Source: an uncultured Bacilli bacterium (lineage in GTDB: Bacteria; Bacillota_I; Bacilli_A; RF39; UBA660). From it: DNA of 33,523 nucleotides. Positions 13,676 to 23,956 of this stretch are shown one piece after another. Positions within the stretch are counted from its first letter, which is position 1. Each line of letters begins with the position of its first letter. Position numbers and translations under genes: made by a program. The stretch is taken from the NCBI GenBank assembly GCA_947626095.1, contig CANQQV010000016.1, forward strand, positions 1-33,523, given 5' to 3'. Under the pieces are notes generated by a model. The model had not been told where the DNA came from. It saw only the letters and a program-made list of their open reading frames with translations, and searched no databases.

Positions 13676-13740
13676 ATATGTAATATTAAAATTAATGTTA
13701 TAATATAATTACAAATATTAAATTTAAAGGATATGAAATT

Positions 13741-14250
13741 ATGGTAAAGAAAAAAGAAGAAGTTAAAGAAGCAAAAGAAATTAAAGGAAATAACCTTTAT
13801 AAAATACTAATACCTGCTCTTTTAGGCATTATTGTTTTATTACTTGTCATTATTTTAGTTGTTGTTCTTAAAGATGATATTAAAGATGACGATAAATTAG
13901 TCAATAATAATCCATCATATAATGAAAACTATGATGACGATTATTACGAAGACAATAACAATGTCATAGACGATAATAACCAAGAAGATAACAATACTAC
14001 TAATAATGACAATAACAATAACAACAATACAACTACTACTAAATATATTTCTAAAGATAAAGCTTTAAGTATTGCTTTAAATAACGCTAAATTAAATAAG
14101 AGTGATGTCTATGATATTAGTGTTGAATTAGATTATAAATACGGTCAAACTGTTTATGAAATAGACTTTGACTATAATAAATATGATTATGAATACTATA
14201 TTAATGCTACAACTGGTAAGATCATTCATCACTTTAAAGAAATAGATTAA
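13741..14250 (+). CDS. Membrane-anchored PepSY domain protein
   Basis: TM helix, Asn/Asp/Thr linker, then ISKDKALSIAL...VELD...YEIDF...YEYYINATTGKII (PepSY pattern). Confidence 0.85.
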   Translation: MVKKKEEVKEAKEIKGNNLYKILIPALLGIIVLLLVIILVVVLKDDIKDDDKLVNNNPSYNENYDDDYYEDNNNVIDDNNQEDNNTTNNDNNNNNNTTTTKYISKDKALSIALNNAKLNKSDVYDISVELDYKYGQTVYEIDFDYNKYDYEYYINATTGKIIHHFKEID

Positions 14251-14278
14251 AAAAGCCAAGACTCAATCTTGGCTTTTT
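14250..14278. terminator. Bidirectional intrinsic terminator between the convergent PepSY and bsh genes
   Basis: AAAAAGCCAAGA-CTCAA-TCTTGGCTTTTT. Confidence 0.85.
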
Positions 14279-14286
14279 ATTTGGTA

Positions 14287-15261
14287 TTAATTTTGATAAT
14301 TAATTTGTTGTCCTTTAATCAAATCATAATTAACTAAAGTACTACTATCTAAATCTTCATGATGCATATCAACAGCTGTTATCTGACTATTTTCATAAGT
14401 TGTATAGTAATAAATACCTTTATCCATATTACAACATGAACTATAAATAGTTATTTCGTATTTACCTTCTCCCATATGAACTAAACCACGTTGTTGATCA
14501 ACAGAACCTAAAATATGAAAAAATTGACTAATACTTTCTGATTCTGTATCTCCAGATAACGAATTCATTTTCGTATATGAAGCTTTAACAAAGCGTGATA
14601 ACGAATCTAAACCACCTGGTAAATCTCTAGTTCCCATTCCCCTGCTATATAAATCAAAATTTAATTTAGAAGAGAACGTATTAACTGGTTGTTCATTAGA
14701 TAAATTTGTATAATTATTTAAATTAAACATATGAATATCAAAAGTTGGATTGTTAGTTAGAATACCTACTGGATTATCATATATTTTTAAACCGTCTTTT
14801 ACTGATTCCACTGTTATAGAAGCTTCTTGATCAGCAATAATCCAATGTAATGGTGATGCTGGTAATTCATCACTAAAATTAATCTTAGCTATATTAATCT
14901 TACTTAATAAGTCTTTAGCTTCACTAATATTAGCACATTGTGATAAAACCCAAGGGATAAATTCAAATGGTGCAATATTATTTTTACCTTTTATTTCTTC
15001 ATGATAATAAGCATTAGTTGGAAAATTAAGTCCGGCCATTCCTAAACCTTTTTCATTAATTGCATCATAGTATAATGGATAATCATTAGCAACATAAGCC
15101 ATGCCAATTAAGGCATAATGCGTTTTAAGACTACCCTCTTTTCTAAAATTAAATTCATAATTACGTGGCGTAACTGTAACAGTTTCCTTATAAGAAAACT
15201 CCAAATCTAAATTACGACCAAAATAATGATCTTTTGTATAATAAGTTGCAGCTGTACACAT
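14287..15261 (-). CDS. bsh: Choloylglycine hydrolase (bile salt hydrolase), Ntn-hydrolase
   Basis: MCTA N-terminal Cys nucleophile; FGRNLD, AGLNF, LTNNP, SRF and YYYTTYEN motifs; 324 aa. Confidence 0.92.
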   Translation of the reverse strand: MCTAATYYTKDHYFGRNLDLEFSYKETVTVTPRNYEFNFRKEGSLKTHYALIGMAYVANDYPLYYDAINEKGLGMAGLNFPTNAYYHEEIKGKNNIAPFEFIPWVLSQCANISEAKDLLSKINIAKINFSDELPASPLHWIIADQEASITVESVKDGLKIYDNPVGILTNNPTFDIHMFNLNNYTNLSNEQPVNTFSSKLNFDLYSRGMGTRDLPGGLDSLSRFVKASYTKMNSLSGDTESESISQFFHILGSVDQQRGLVHMGEGKYEITIYSSCCNMDKGIYYYTTYENSQITAVDMHHEDLDSSTLVNYDLIKGQQINYQN

Positions 15262-15281
15262 CTTTCATTCCTCCTTATTTA

Positions 15282-15788
15282 TTATTTTTCAACTAAAGAT
15301 AATGTCATTATTACATCATCTGCCCCTAATATTTGTTTTAATTCATCTCTATTTTTATTTATTACTTTACCTAACTTAGTATAACTCCAAGTATTTGAAT
15401 TATAAAATAAAGTAACTTGATCTCCTTGATAAAGCATTAAGTCCCCTGGCTCTGTTTTAATCTTAGTATCACTAGTTGGTAAACTAAAACTCAAACTTCC
15501 TACCTTTTCAAAATTACCATACTCAGAAGCATTAACAACCACGTCTTGTTCTTTCAATTTATTTATTAATTCTTTTGTCGCTTCATTATCAACTAACTCT
15601 AAAATAAGTTCTTCGTTATTAACAGTTATTTTCAAATTATAATTCATATTATTTTCTTCCTTTTCTGTTTGTTCTTGATTACTTGGTTTTAACGCATCAT
15701 CTTTTTCCTTTTTATTAAATACAACCAATAAAGCTATTATACCAATAATTAATAAAACAACAATAAATATACCAAATTGCTTAGACAT
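15282..15788 (-). CDS. Membrane-anchored cyclophilin-like fold protein
   Basis: N-terminal TM; L.DNEAT..L...L, EYGNFEKVG, PGDLMLYQG.QVTLFY and YTKLGKV patterns. Confidence 0.75.
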   Translation of the reverse strand: MSKQFGIFIVVLLIIGIIALLVVFNKKEKDDALKPSNQEQTEKEENNMNYNLKITVNNEELILELVDNEATKELINKLKEQDVVVNASEYGNFEKVGSLSFSLPTSDTKIKTEPGDLMLYQGDQVTLFYNSNTWSYTKLGKVINKNRDELKQILGADDVIMTLSLVEK

Positions 15789-15790
15789 TA

Positions 15791-16678
15791 TTAATCCTTC
15801 CTTACTTTTATTATATCATCATTTTGTAATTCGCCAACCAATAAAGAAGAATTAGGATTATGCTTAACATAATTATTTTGTACTTTTAATTCATCATAAT
15901 TTGCATAGCAATACTTACAAAAATGTTTACAAGAATTATAAACCCCAATATCAACCATTTGGACACAGTTACATTTATGTCCCTTACGAGCTGTCCAATT
16001 TTTATATTTTTTCCCTGTTAAAATATAAGCTAATTCATGCGATAAACATTCGCCTTCAATAAAACCATATTCTGTTAAATTACGTTCTTCAAAACAAGTT
16101 TGTACTGCCATATTATGTTCTTTAGCTGACTTGCTAAACGAAGTCCCTATTCCTTTATAATCTTCTTCCGTAAATAATCGATAATTTAAAGTCTCTGCAT
16201 TATTTCTTACATTTTTATAATCATCTATAAAAGACACAATAATATGTTTAACATAACCATCTAGTAATTCACACATTTTAGCAAAAGCTTTTTGATGATA
16301 AGCTAAATTATATTTAGTACTTAAAAAGATTGGATCATACCTAATATATAAGTTATCAACACCTAAAGTAACTGACAATTTTTTTATTGCTTCAATTATT
16401 TCATTTTTATCAGGTACATTTGGTTCAATATCTTTTTTATAAGGCGTTAAAGTAACATGAAAGATAATTGGTTTATTTATTTCTTTTATATAATCTAAAA
16501 TAGGCAGCGGATTTTTAGTACAAAATAAAATAGCATCAACATCACTAAAATTAATGCGACTAACTAATTTAGGATTAAATGGATTACGTACATCAACAAA
16601 TCCTTCATGATAGCGTTTCATAAACCATTCAGTATAAAACGCCACAATATCTGTACGACCACTAACATTTAAAATCAT
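15791..16678 (-). CDS. DUF1848 family protein
   Basis: MILNVSGRTDIVAFY, FCTKNP, RYDPI and C-terminal DIGVYNSCKHFCKYCYAN. Confidence 0.88.
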   Translation of the reverse strand: MILNVSGRTDIVAFYTEWFMKRYHEGFVDVRNPFNPKLVSRINFSDVDAILFCTKNPLPILDYIKEINKPIIFHVTLTPYKKDIEPNVPDKNEIIEAIKKLSVTLGVDNLYIRYDPIFLSTKYNLAYHQKAFAKMCELLDGYVKHIIVSFIDDYKNVRNNAETLNYRLFTEEDYKGIGTSFSKSAKEHNMAVQTCFEERNLTEYGFIEGECLSHELAYILTGKKYKNWTARKGHKCNCVQMVDIGVYNSCKHFCKYCYANYDELKVQNNYVKHNPNSSLLVGELQNDDIIKVRKD

Positions 16679-16692
16679 CTAATCACCTACTT

Positions 16693-17256
16693 TTAATATT
16701 CTTTCTCCTCTGTTATTACCTTATCCATCTTAATATCAAATTGATTAACTGGTAAGATATCATCAGTTAAAAGCTGGCAATTAAAACCAACCCCTATTTT
16801 ATAAACGTTTGATTTAGCTAAATAACGATCATAAAAGCCTTTACCAAAACCTAAACGATTTCTTTCTTTATCAAAACAAATGCCAGGAACAATAACTAAA
16901 TCAATTTGCTTTTTATCAACTAATTTTTCTTGATTAGAAATCGGTTCTAAAATACCAAAATTACTCTTTACTAACTCTTCATCTATACCTATTACATAAA
17001 AGAATAAATCACTACCTTCTACTTTAGGTAAAACAATCTTTTTATTATGCTCTATTGCATAATTAATTAAGTCATCCAAATTAACTTCTGAAGATAAACT
17101 TTTATATAAAGCAATTACTCTAGCTTCTTGATATTCCTTAGTCTTAATTATCTTAGTAATAATAGTTTTAGATTTTTCTTCTTTATGAGGTAAGTCTTTA
17201 CGAACTTCTAAATACTTCTTACGTAACTCTTCTTTATTTATTTTTATATCATCCAT
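16693..17256 (-). CDS. 5-formyltetrahydrofolate cyclo-ligase
   Basis: KEELRK, FGILEP and IVPGICFD..RNRLGFGKGFYDRYL motifs. Start is ATG 17256 or GTG 17265. Confidence 0.93.
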   Translation of the reverse strand: MDDIKINKEELRKKYLEVRKDLPHKEEKSKTIITKIIKTKEYQEARVIALYKSLSSEVNLDDLINYAIEHNKKIVLPKVEGSDLFFYVIGIDEELVKSNFGILEPISNQEKLVDKKQIDLVIVPGICFDKERNRLGFGKGFYDRYLAKSNVYKIGVGFNCQLLTDDILPVNQFDIKMDKVITEEKEY

Positions 17257-17293
17257 ACTAATCACTTGACATATATTATATCATTTGCACAAG

Positions 17294-17320
17294 AAAAAAA
17301 GTAAACCTTTCAGTTTACTT
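17294..17320 (-). terminator. Intrinsic terminator overlapping the MBL gene stop
   Basis: Minus strand AAGTAAAC-TGAAAG-GTTTACTT followed by a T run. Confidence 0.6.
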
Positions 17321-18185
17321 GATGCCAATACATTTTATTATCTTTAAATAAATAACTTATCTTACCTTCATCACAAAGATATGATAAATAAGCTTTCACC
17401 GTACTACCAATTAAAACATATTGATTAGAATTCATAACTAAATTATAAATATCAAAAATATTCTTTAAAATATCTTCAAAAGTCATTTCATTTTGACATA
17501 AATTATATATTTTTTCCATAACTTCATTAATCTTTTGTCTATTTAAATTTATTAAACTCGTTATGTCTTTAGTAGCCTCACAATGGGATGGAATATATAA
17601 CTCACCATTTAATGTTGATAGAAAATCTAAAGTATTTAGATATTCTCTTACATTATAAATAAAAAATAAATGATACTTAGTAATTGTCTCTTCACTAAAT
17701 AAAGAATCACCTAAAAAATATACATTATCTGATGTTTTAATACCAATTTGATCAAAGAAATGACCTTTTAAACTAAAATACTCTAAACCTTCTGGAAGGT
17801 TACCATCAATTTCAGTTACAACTGATTCTTTAGCTAATAAAAATTTATTTTGTAAATCTTTAAATGGATAAGCCCCATATAAGAAAGATGATTCTATAAT
17901 AGGATTTTCTGTAATACTCTTTTCAATACCATGTGTATAAATAGAACAATTTGTACGATCTTGAATTACTTTATTACCGCCAACATGATCAGCATTCGAA
18001 TGCGTATTAATTATTCCTTTAACCTGCCAACCTTGTTCTTCAACCATTTTCAAAATCTTTTTTCCGGCATCCTTGTCATTACCCGTATCTATTAAATAAA
18101 CTTCCTTATCATTTATTTTATAAACACCAATATTAGTTGGATTCTTAAAATAATAAGTTTTTTTACCTACTTGTACTAATTCCAT
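17310..18185 (-). CDS. Metallo-beta-lactamase fold hydrolase
   Basis: LIDTG, THSNADHVGG (HxHxDH variant), LKGH, FLGD and IPSH motifs. Confidence 0.88.
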   Translation of the reverse strand: MELVQVGKKTYYFKNPTNIGVYKINDKEVYLIDTGNDKDAGKKILKMVEEQGWQVKGIINTHSNADHVGGNKVIQDRTNCSIYTHGIEKSITENPIIESSFLYGAYPFKDLQNKFLLAKESVVTEIDGNLPEGLEYFSLKGHFFDQIGIKTSDNVYFLGDSLFSEETITKYHLFFIYNVREYLNTLDFLSTLNGELYIPSHCEATKDITSLINLNRQKINEVMEKIYNLCQNEMTFEDILKNIFDIYNLVMNSNQYVLIGSTVKAYLSYLCDEGKISYLFKDNKMYWHQVN

Positions 18186-18195
18186 CTTTTCACCT

Positions 18196-19032
18196 CTATT
18201 CTGGAAGCACTACCTCTTCCCTAACTTTATCTTCTAACATCTTAGGATTACTTAGAATATATTGCATCATATGAATAGATTTGATTAAATAAAAACCATC
18301 TGAGATACGTTCATCTATCGTAATCCCTAAATCACAATAATACTTAGTTTCATTTTTTACTTTAACTTCTTTTATTTCCCCAATTGTTACAATCCCAGAA
18401 CAAGTACCAAAGTCCGTTACATTATGATAAATACCATTACAATGTAAGCTACCGACATTAGATACTAACATACTACTATAATACAAGTTATCTTTAATTA
18501 AAGAAGTTGGTAAGATACCATGACGATCACAGAACATAAATAAACTAATTAAAGGAATTCTAATTAAATTAGGCAATTTACCTAGGAAGTTTATGGCATC
18601 ATTAGCACCGGTTCCACTATCTTTTTTATCTCTTATATTATTAACTTTATTACTTATTTTTTTACTGATAGTAAATAGATTATCATCGTCACTAACTGGC
18701 ATTACAACCATTAGTTCTTGCGATTTATCATTTAAAGCAACTTTCATAACGTAAGATATAGATATATCATTATGTTCATAGACATGATGGTTAGCAACAA
18801 AGCGATTAAGTAAAGGACGATTAGCTATAACTTTAGCAAAAAGCGTCATAAAAGCATGAAAGTATGTAATACTATTATCATCTTTTTTAAGATTTCTTAT
18901 ATATTTAACTAATTCTGTAACATCCATTTGTTGATCAATATAAAGTTCGCCTAAAGAACGTTTAGGTTTAATATCAATTAGAATTTGACTCATACCATTA
19001 ATATCTTTAATCCTTTTAGCATCTTTACGCAT
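18196..19032 (-). CDS. Stand-alone 2-oxoacid dehydrogenase E2-like/CAT-like acyltransferase domain
   Basis: MDVTEL, P.LNRF, VSNVGSL and TIDERISDG motifs; no lipoyl or E3-binding domain. Confidence 0.75.
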   Translation of the reverse strand: MRKDAKRIKDINGMSQILIDIKPKRSLGELYIDQQMDVTELVKYIRNLKKDDNSITYFHAFMTLFAKVIANRPLLNRFVANHHVYEHNDISISYVMKVALNDKSQELMVVMPVSDDDNLFTISKKISNKVNNIRDKKDSGTGANDAINFLGKLPNLIRIPLISLFMFCDRHGILPTSLIKDNLYYSSMLVSNVGSLHCNGIYHNVTDFGTCSGIVTIGEIKEVKVKNETKYYCDLGITIDERISDGFYLIKSIHMMQYILSNPKMLEDKVREEVVLPE

Positions 19033-19120
19033 TAAATCACCTACATTTAAATATTTCTCATATAAACTATTCTCTTATATAATAATTATATCACATGAAA
19101 AGATAGATTATTTTAGTAAT

Positions 19121-19471
19121 CTACCCGTTATACTTTTCTTTTACTTTATCTGGTAGTTCTTCATACTTTACTTCTTGCCAGTTATTAACCCCAAAAATAT
19201 TATAATATTTTATTTTTAAGAAAGCTTCTTCACGTAAGATACGTGATGTTTTAAAACTTATTTCTTTCTTATGACCATTTGCTTCATACATCGTAAGGGT
19301 ATATTCATATTTCATATCTTCTTTAGCGTCTAATTCTTCTACTTTGGAATTATCTATTTGCGTATAATAATACATTTCTTTTTCAAATAAATAGTAATAA
19401 GTAAAACCACATAATAAAATAAAAATTATAACGCCAAGAATAATAGGTAATTTTTCTTTGATAAAATTCAT
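19121..19471 (-). CDS. YxeA family (DUF1093) membrane-anchored protein
   Basis: TM helix, YYTQIDN, YEYTL, LREEAFLK, W.EV...ELP.KVKEK. Confidence 0.8.
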   Translation of the reverse strand: MNFIKEKLPIILGVIIFILLCGFTYYYLFEKEMYYYTQIDNSKVEELDAKEDMKYEYTLTMYEANGHKKEISFKTSRILREEAFLKIKYYNIFGVNNWQEVKYEELPDKVKEKYNG

Positions 19472-19479
19472 AAATCCTC

Positions 19480-19929
19480 CTACTCTATTTTAATATTTAC
19501 TTTACCGGAGTAATTATTACCTTTAATAATTAAATAATTACTACCATCTTTAACATTGAAATCATATTCGTAATTTCCGTCTTTTATGGCTAACACCTCT
19601 TCTTTTTCTTTTAATTTAAAAATAATCTTTAAATCACCTTTAGATTCAGAAACTTCCAATTTTATATGAATATTTTCATCTTCTCTATCAATCGTTGTTC
19701 CCCCAAATACTACTTCTTCACCAGTAAATTTTTTATAAACAACTTCATATGTTCCCGTATAGTGATCTTCACCAAAATCTCGATTACCTTTTAATTTACT
19801 TTTAATTGTTAAAACTAAATCACCAAATTGTTCACTAGTTCTTTCATAGAAATCTAAGACTTCATCTTTGGTACAACCAGAACATAAAGCTAGAGCTATT
19901 AAAGTTAAAAAGATAAATATTTTCTTCAA
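19480..19929 (-). CDS. Putative lipoprotein
   Basis: MKK plus a hydrophobic stretch ending LCSGC (lipobox-like). TTG start after AGGTGA. Confidence 0.6.
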   Translation of the reverse strand: MKKIFIFLTLIALALCSGCTKDEVLDFYERTSEQFGDLVLTIKSKLKGNRDFGEDHYTGTYEVVYKKFTGEEVVFGGTTIDREDENIHIKLEVSESKGDLKIIFKLKEKEEVLAIKDGNYEYDFNVKDGSNYLIIKGNNYSGKVNIKIE

Positions 19930-19933
19930 GCTA

Positions 19934-21031
19934 TCACCTACTTCCCTTTTTTATCGTACTAAGATATTTCACTTGAAAGAAATGATCATAATATATCGCT
20001 TTATTCTTTATTAAAAGGATAATATTAGTTAAATAAAAGATTAAGATTCCACCAATACTTATAATAAGTAAGGCATACTCTTCTAGAGCATTTAACTTAA
20101 TATTATTAGCTATTAAAAATAGTAAAAACATCATTAAATTGACACTGCCGAAATAATAAAGAAATAAAAAGATAATACGTAGTGTTAGTTTAAGTAATCT
20201 ATATTTACCAAATTCTAATCTAACATTTAAAAACCTACTACCAAGAGTTTGGCCCTTTCTACAGAAAGGATAAAGAATAAAATAGATAATAAAGATAATT
20301 AGAAACAACCATTTATAATGCATAAAGATGCTTAAGAATATAGCGATAAAGTTATATAAGAATAAATCTAAACAAAAGATAGTTATTCTTCTAAATCCAG
20401 ATACTACTTCACCTTTTTTCGTTGATTCCTCATCAATTTGGTCTCGCGTTGGTAAGAAATTATCAATTAAACCCATGATAAAGTAACCGACTACTCCACC
20501 TAAGGTATTCATTAGTAAGTCATCAACATCAAAAACACGATATGGATATTTATATAAACCATATAAGCCAGAAACTTGCGTAAGCTCAAATAATAAACTT
20601 AAACTAAGACTTATAAAAATTGTTTTTATTAAAGAACATTTAAAGTAATATCTTAAATACATACCTAGAGGAATCATCATTAATAAATTAAAAGCAACAG
20701 TATAGAAACAAGGTTCAGTTAAAGCTTTTAAATAAGTATTAGGTTGTGTTAGGTTAAATGATGATTCTCTTAATAAGTCATTAATAAAACCAAAAGGCAT
20801 AAGTCTTATCATATTAGGTTTATATACTACTTCATTCTTATTTGGTAAAGGAAGTATAACTAAAAAGTAGATAGTTATTAAGTAAAGAATGAAAGAATAA
20901 ACTATTAAAACACGAAAAGGATTAATAGAACCATATTTATGATATTGATGTAATATAAAAGGAATCCATAATAGTAAAGCAATAAAAGGAAAGATAATAA
21001 GAGCCGTTTTAATTGAAATAAAATAACTCAT
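19934..21031 (-). CDS. VanZ family membrane protein with a C-terminal RDD-like domain
   Basis: N.LMMIPLG, ELTQ, RVFDVDDLLMNTLG (VanZ); RRITIFCLD and GQTLG (RDD). Confidence 0.85.
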   Translation of the reverse strand: MSYFISIKTALIIFPFIALLLWIPFILHQYHKYGSINPFRVLIVYSFILYLITIYFLVILPLPNKNEVVYKPNMIRLMPFGFINDLLRESSFNLTQPNTYLKALTEPCFYTVAFNLLMMIPLGMYLRYYFKCSLIKTIFISLSLSLLFELTQVSGLYGLYKYPYRVFDVDDLLMNTLGGVVGYFIMGLIDNFLPTRDQIDEESTKKGEVVSGFRRITIFCLDLFLYNFIAIFLSIFMHYKWLFLIIFIIYFILYPFCRKGQTLGSRFLNVRLEFGKYRLLKLTLRIIFLFLYYFGSVNLMMFLLFLIANNIKLNALEEYALLIISIGGILIFYLTNIILLIKNKAIYYDHFFQVKYLSTIKKGSR

Positions 21032-21040
21032 TTATATTTA

Positions 21041-23116
21041 TTATAATCTTTCTTTAATAATATTTTTACTAGAATAATAAGTAATTAAGAAATATCCACC
21101 ATAGATAATGACTAAAATAATAGCCGTAATAATAATTGATGGTAGTAATTCCTCATTACCAAAGACTTCTAATATTTGCATAGCAAACATAATACCAAAG
21201 ATAGAATGAATTAAAGCTAAAAGTAAAGGAAGCGCAAAGAAGATAGCTATTTGTCTAAATAAAGCTTTATTAATTAATTTTTCATCAGCACCTAGTTTTC
21301 TAATCATTCTAAAACGTTCTTTATTATCACTACTTTCAGATAATTCTTTTAATCCTAAGATAGCTGCACTACTAATTAAGAAAATAATGCCTAAATATAG
21401 ACCGATAAAAGTTACCATTGCTGATAAGCCAACGGTCGCTTCTTTAATCGATAATTTAGTTGAACCACTAGGAAGTAAATAAGTATTGGTTCTTTCATCA
21501 TTATCTAATTTATTAATCCTATTTTCGATTTCAGTTATTTCATCTTTATCAGTTGTTTTATAATTACCAATTAAATGATTATAAACTTTATAATCTTCAT
21601 CAATAACATTGTCAGGTACTAAGATAATCCCAGTATTAATATGGTTACTAGACATTTCTAAGAATCCTTCTTGGCAAGAATCATATTTAGGTTTTAAGGT
21701 ATGACCAAATAAATTAATTTTTTCATGATTAGCTAAAGCAAGATTTCTTATTTTAACCATTGATTCAAAATCAGCAACGATTATATATTCGTCGTCTTTT
21801 AAAGAATACTCTTTTATACCATAAAATTTAGCAGCTTTATTATAATCACTAATTTTCATTATTTCTTCTTTAGTATCGTAAGCTAAGAAAGGAAAACTTT
21901 TTTTAACATCATCTAATAAGGATCCTAAAGTATCATTCATTGTTAAATCTGGGGTAGCATAAGTATTAACTTCAACATATTCTTTAAAATAAGAAGTAAT
22001 ATCAAAGTCAAATAACTCAAACATTTCTTTAACGGTATAATGAGAAGTTTTAATTTGCGAATCGTTATAACCATATTTACGATAACTTTCATAGTATCTA
22101 TCCATATTCATATTTTGCGTAAAGATAGCATCAGCTGGAGCTAACTCTTTAATGTTGGCATTCATTGAGTTTTTCATTGTAAAGCAAGATGATAATAAAC
22201 AGATAGTTACAAATAACATTAAACAGATGATTGTCGTTGAAAAAACGGTTGTATTTATTTTGCTAGAAAATTGTCTTAGGGTAAAACTATTTAAACCTTT
22301 ATAGTAATATTTTTTTAGACTTTGAACAATTCTTAAAATTAAACCGGATAATGACCAAAAGATAAAGAAAGTTGATACGACACCCATAATAATTGGGACC
22401 ATAGCATCTTCAACATCTTGTAAGGTTAAGAAATCATGCGTAACTATGTAATAAGCTTTACCAAGAATAATACAAGATATAATAAAAATAATTATACATA
22501 GATAAGGATTTTTTAACTTTATTGTTTCACTTGCTTTAGCTCCACTTAGTAAATCAATTAACTTACACTTACTAACACTTATCGTATTAAAAATCATAAC
22601 AATTAGATACATAATACTAAAATAGATGATTGTCTTAAGACATGATGTGCTAGAAAAGACAAAAGTAAATTTGGTTAAATCAGCTTCAAACATATTAGCG
22701 ACAACTAAACTCATAACTTGAGATAGAAGTATACCAATACCTAAACCAACTATTAAAGATAAAATACCAATAAATAGCGTTTCAAAAAATAAGATTAAAG
22801 ATATTTTTCTTTTACTCATCCCTAAAGTTAGATAAATACCAAATTCTTTATTTCGTCTTTTCATTAAAAATCTTGTAGCATAGATAATTAGAAAGCCTAA
22901 GATAAAAGAAATAAAGACACTGACACCTGATAACATAGTCATCATAAGTTCAATTAAATCAGCCGTTGATGAAAAAACATCCATCATAACAGTTTGACTA
23001 TCTAAGGCATTAAAGACATAAAAGATAGAAATACCAAGAATAAGCGTAAAAAAGTAGATGGCATAGTCTTTAATACTTTTCTTGATATTTTTAAGGGATA
23101 ACTTACAAAGCATCAT
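21041..23116 (-). CDS. BceB-like ABC transporter permease
   Basis: About 690 aa, multi-TM with a large extracellular loop; KRRNKEFGIYLTLGM. Confidence 0.9.
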   Translation of the reverse strand: MMLCKLSLKNIKKSIKDYAIYFFTLILGISIFYVFNALDSQTVMMDVFSSTADLIELMMTMLSGVSVFISFILGFLIIYATRFLMKRRNKEFGIYLTLGMSKRKISLILFFETLFIGILSLIVGLGIGILLSQVMSLVVANMFEADLTKFTFVFSSTSCLKTIIYFSIMYLIVMIFNTISVSKCKLIDLLSGAKASETIKLKNPYLCIIIFIISCIILGKAYYIVTHDFLTLQDVEDAMVPIIMGVVSTFFIFWSLSGLILRIVQSLKKYYYKGLNSFTLRQFSSKINTTVFSTTIICLMLFVTICLLSSCFTMKNSMNANIKELAPADAIFTQNMNMDRYYESYRKYGYNDSQIKTSHYTVKEMFELFDFDITSYFKEYVEVNTYATPDLTMNDTLGSLLDDVKKSFPFLAYDTKEEIMKISDYNKAAKFYGIKEYSLKDDEYIIVADFESMVKIRNLALANHEKINLFGHTLKPKYDSCQEGFLEMSSNHINTGIILVPDNVIDEDYKVYNHLIGNYKTTDKDEITEIENRINKLDNDERTNTYLLPSGSTKLSIKEATVGLSAMVTFIGLYLGIIFLISSAAILGLKELSESSDNKERFRMIRKLGADEKLINKALFRQIAIFFALPLLLALIHSIFGIMFAMQILEVFGNEELLPSIIITAIILVIIYGGYFLITYYSSKNIIKERL

Positions 23117-23867
23117 TTAAATCGCCACCAAGTAAAGTTACAACATCGATAATCTTATCAAAAAATTCTTTACGAGAATCATCACCTTTACGAATCTCTT
23201 TAAAAATTTTACCATCTTTGATAAAAATTACTCTTCTAGCATAACTAGCAGTAAAGGCATCATGTGTAACCATTAGAATAGTTGCACCTAGTTCATCTAA
23301 ATAATTAAACTTTTCTAAAAGCATTTTTGAAGATTTAGAGTCTAGAGCACCGGTTGGTTCATCAGCTAAGACTAGTTTGGGTTCAGTAACAATAGCACGA
23401 GCTGAAGCGACACGTTGTTTTTGCCCACCACTCATTTGGTATGGATACTTATTTAAGACATCCTTAATATCAAGTTCGTTAGCGACTTTTTTAATTCTTT
23501 CTTCAATTTCTTTAACACTCATATTTTGAATAGATAAAGCAAGAGCAATATTTTCGTAAGCAGTTAAGGTATCTAATAAATTAAAATCTTGAAAGATAAA
23601 ACCCAACTCTTCTCTTCTAAATTTATTAAGATCATTACCTTTAAGTTTGGTAATATCAACTCCTCCAACATAGATATGACCAGCAGTTACTTTATCGATT
23701 GTTCCAATACAATTTAAAAGAGTTGTCTTACCTGAACCGGATGCACCCATAATAGCAATGAATTCACCCTTTTCGACTTCAAATGATAAGTTATCAATAG
23801 CTTTAGTTAAAGATGAACGACTACCATAGTATTTTTCTATTTTGTCAACTTTTAAAATATTTTCCAT
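23103..23867 (-). CDS. BceA-like ABC transporter ATP-binding protein
   Basis: [43 protein letters not shown]. Confidence 0.95.
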   Translation of the reverse strand: MENILKVDKIEKYYGSRSSLTKAIDNLSFEVEKGEFIAIMGASGSGKTTLLNCIGTIDKVTAGHIYVGGVDITKLKGNDLNKFRREELGFIFQDFNLLDTLTAYENIALALSIQNMSVKEIEERIKKVANELDIKDVLNKYPYQMSGGQKQRVASARAIVTEPKLVLADEPTGALDSKSSKMLLEKFNYLDELGATILMVTHDAFTASYARRVIFIKDGKIFKEIRKGDDSRKEFFDKIIDVVTLLGGDLNDAL

Positions 23868-23940
23868 ATATATTTTCTCCTTTCAGTAACAATAATAAGT
23901 TAAATAAACTATTTTGTCGTTCGTTTAATATTACAGAATA

Positions 23941-23954
23941 TTACAATTTTGTAA
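23941..23954. promoter_or_regulatory. BceR-like response regulator binding site upstream of the ABC operon
   Basis: TTACA-ATTT-TGTAA matches the TNACA-N4-TGTAA BceR-family consensus; an extra TTACA half-site sits at 23931. Confidence 0.75.
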
Positions 23955-23956
23955 GT

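Noticed and set aside
13900-14040. AAT/AAC/GAC-rich repeats in the PepSY gene as a CRISPR or VNTR
   Set aside because: Imperfect codon-level low complexity encoding an Asn/Asp/Thr linker, with no repeat-spacer structure.
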